From an uncultured Oscillospiraceae bacterium (GTDB taxonomy: Bacteria > Bacillota > Clostridia > Oscillospirales > Oscillospiraceae), in contig CALDMA010000085.1 of the NCBI GenBank assembly GCA_937915075.1, forward strand, positions 1 to 49,034: a stretch of DNA of 49,034 nucleotides, written 5' to 3'. Position 1 is the first letter of the stretch; each line of letters begins with the position of its first letter. The notes beneath the pieces were generated by a model. That model searched no databases. It was not told the origin of the DNA and saw only the letters and a list, made by a program, of their open reading frames with translations. Shown piece after piece: positions 47,339 to 49,034 of the stretch. Made by a program: the position numbers and the translations under genes.

Positions 47339-47583
47339 AATTTCGAAACTGTTCCACTTAGGCGTCACATCGAAGCAGTACACGGTAGTTACTATGCCTT
47401 GAACTCGTTGAAAAATCAGGACTTTTTGGTATTTGATACAAGAAAAACAGGGGTGGCAGTCGCTTTCGCATTTTCCGAAAAATGCGAGCAGAAATAGACA
47501 AAGGATAGAAAATAGGATAGACCACATTTCTGAGGATCATTGGTTTTCTCTGCTGTCGGCAATCACCAGAAGGGAGAACTGAA

Positions 47584-48102
47584 ATGGATCTGCTAACCTA
47601 TTATTCGGATATTGCTGCGACATATCCGGAGTATATCACACAAAAGCAGTTTTGTGAAGTGTGCAGGATATGCCACAAGACTGCATATAATTTAACCCGG
47701 CGCGGAGAAATCTCATATAAGATAGTAGATACTCCCACAGGGCGTATTCATCACATTAAGCTCACAGATGCACTTGCCTATCTTTACAAAAAGGATACGC
47801 TTTATGGAAATGATGAAAATATAAACCGGCAAATATATGAGGTGCTACGGGTGCATTTTTCATACCTGCCAGACCTCCTTCGGACACAGCAAATCAGGGA
47901 ACTGACAGGGTTTTCAATGACCGCTATTCAACGCTGGGTACTCGAAAAGCGTATTACTGCCATACTCGGAAGAAAAGGTTGGAATATTACAAGGGATTCG
48001 CTTGTAGCTTTTCTTTCATCGTCCTATTGCCTACGCGGAAATAGGAAACTCCCAAAATTTCAAGCTCTGTTACAAAAGTGTACCGAGCAATTAAAAATTT
48101 GA
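47584..48102 (+). CDS. Helix-turn-helix protein with two Xis/MerR-like (HTH_17-type) repeats
   Basis: YPEYITQKQFCEVCRICHKTAYNL...GEI and LPDLLRTQQIRELTGFSMTAIQRWV...; GGGAG RBS. Confidence 0.65.
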   Translation: MDLLTYYSDIAATYPEYITQKQFCEVCRICHKTAYNLTRRGEISYKIVDTPTGRIHHIKLTDALAYLYKKDTLYGNDENINRQIYEVLRVHFSYLPDLLRTQQIRELTGFSMTAIQRWVLEKRITAILGRKGWNITRDSLVAFLSSSYCLRGNRKLPKFQALLQKCTEQLKI

Positions 48103-48108
48103 AATCTC

Positions 48109-48133
48109 AGGGCAGGGATTCCCCTGCCCTTTT
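48109..48133 (+). terminator. Terminator after the HTH gene
   Basis: agggcaggg-attc-ccctgccct-ttt. Confidence 0.7.
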
Positions 48134-48161
48134 ATATCCCATAGAATGTGAAGTGAACGCT

Positions 48162-48527
48162 ATGGCCTTATCCCTGCCCTATTACTATGGCCATGCCGGT
48201 GAGCAATACGCCTTTTTTCGTATTCCCAAATTGCTGCTGACCGATGAGCGCTTTGCGGAGATTTCGACCGACGCAAAGCTGCTGTATGGATTACTGCTTG
48301 ACCGCATGGAGCTATCCTATCGGAACGGTTGGATCGACGAGCAGAATCGTGTCTTTATCATCTTCACAGCAGAGGAGGTCATGTCCACCTTACGCTGTCG
48401 TTCCGAGAAAGCAGCACGGCTTTTTGCCGAACTGGACAGCGCCAAGGGTATCGGCCTGATTGAGCGCAAACGGCAAGGGCTGGGGCGGCCTACGCTGATT
48501 TATGTGAAAAACTTTTCTGGTGCATAA
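48162..48527 (+). CDS. Replication initiator RepA_N domain protein (N-terminal domain only, 121 aa)
   Basis: FFRIPKLL, STDAKLLYGLLLDRMELS..NGWIDE, GLIERKRQGLGRPTLIYVKNF, then stop. Confidence 0.88.
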   Translation: MALSLPYYYGHAGEQYAFFRIPKLLLTDERFAEISTDAKLLYGLLLDRMELSYRNGWIDEQNRVFIIFTAEEVMSTLRCRSEKAARLFAELDSAKGIGLIERKRQGLGRPTLIYVKNFSGA

Positions 48528-48580
48528 ATCACCTTATTCAGACCTAAACGCGCCATTTTCACCGCAGGATTATTCTGCAA

Positions 48581-48683
48581 TTTTCAGAGATTCGATAATC
48601 GAATTTCAAGACATTCGATTTCCGAACTTCTGGACATTCGATAATCGAAATCTAATAAGACTGAGATTATAGCAAGACTGAGA
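48581..48683 (+). repeat. Three tandem 23-bp iteron-like repeats plus two aagactgaga repeats (putative origin)
   Basis: 48581 ttttcagagattcgataatcgaa / 48604 tttcaagacattcgatttccgaa / 48627 cttctggacattcgataatcgaa; aagactgaga at 48657 and 48674. Confidence 0.8.
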
Positions 48684-48744
48684 ATAGAAAGAATACTACC
48701 CGAAAAAGAAATAGCTGCAAGAAGAAACAGCTTTGTTAGAACAG

Positions 48745-48764
48745 GAGCCGCAAGGCTCTTTTTT
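48745..48764 (+). terminator. Short terminator-like hairpin just upstream of the parA RBS
   Basis: gagcc-gcaa-ggctc-tttttt. Confidence 0.6.
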
Positions 48765-48782
48765 GTTGGAGGAGGTGTCCCG

Positions 48783-49034
48783 TTGAAAACAATAGCACTG
48801 GCAAATCAGAAAGGCGGCGTCGGCAAAACCACCACAGCCGCCAGCCTCGGCATTGGTCTTTCTCGGCAAGGTAAAAAAGTCCTGCTGATCGACGCTGATG
48901 CACAAGGCAATCTCACGCAGATGTTAGGCTGGTCACAGCCTGACGAATTATCCCCCACGCTCTCCACGCTGATGGAAAAGATCATCGCGGAGCAGCCCAT
49001 CGCCCCCGGCGAGGGAATCCTGTCCCACTCGTCC
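48783..49034 (+). CDS. parA: ParA/Soj family ATPase (3' truncated by window; not in the ORF track)
   Basis: TTG start after [38 protein letters not shown]. Confidence 0.92.
   Translation, partial: MKTIALANQKGGVGKTTTAASLGIGLSRQGKKVLLIDADAQGNLTQMLGWSQPDELSPTLSTLMEKIIAEQPIAPGEGILSHSS

Larger units (their letters stand above)
47339..49034. mobile_element. End of an integrative element (ICE/IME/genomic island) inserted at tRNA-Ser; continues beyond the window
   Basis: Begins at the tRNA fragment; visibly AT-richer than the host genes; encodes an HTH/Xis-like protein, RepA_N and ParA. Confidence 0.82.

Noticed and set aside
47282..47370. Complete tRNA-Ser gene
   Set aside because: The D arm, 5' anticodon stem and acceptor 5' strand are missing.
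48581..48649. Repeats as a possible mini-CRISPR array
   Set aside because: The units are directly tandem with no unique spacers, there are no cas genes, and they lie beside repA, so they are better read as iterons.

Overview
GC-rich Firmicute chromosome, most consistent with Clostridia/Oscillospiraceae (inferred from gene content and sigma-A-type promoters). Positions 1-31.5 kb are housekeeping: the rnfB 3' end; a CIRCE-controlled hrcA-grpE-dnaK-dnaJ operon extended by a PHP phosphatase and rpiB; a radical SAM-mutY-tdk-pflX-like-dCMP deaminase cluster; ppa; miaB-MBL-mutS-CPBP-mutL-miaA-hfq-(HlyD-like)-yggS-sepF-divIVA; then HAD, rsmI, a methyltransferase, ThrE, PaaI and YeiH. The highlight is 31.55-46.9 kb. 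A cobalamin riboswitch with a terminator/antiterminator platform precedes a 3690-aa secreted, SLH-anchored protein carrying five GLUG-type modules, two DUF4430 (transcobalamin beta-like) domains and two alpha/alpha-barrel domains. It is followed by a DUF4430 lipoprotein, an ECF T component and a fused ATPase-ATPase-S component. Together these look like a surface B12 capture-and-relay system built from transcobalamin-like parts. The right end holds an IS200-type non-autonomous remnant, a displaced 3' half of tRNA-Ser(CGA) marking an att site, and the start of an AT-richer integrative element (Xis-like HTH protein, short RepA_N, 23-bp iterons, ParA). All domain and family calls come from motif recognition by eye; no searches were run.
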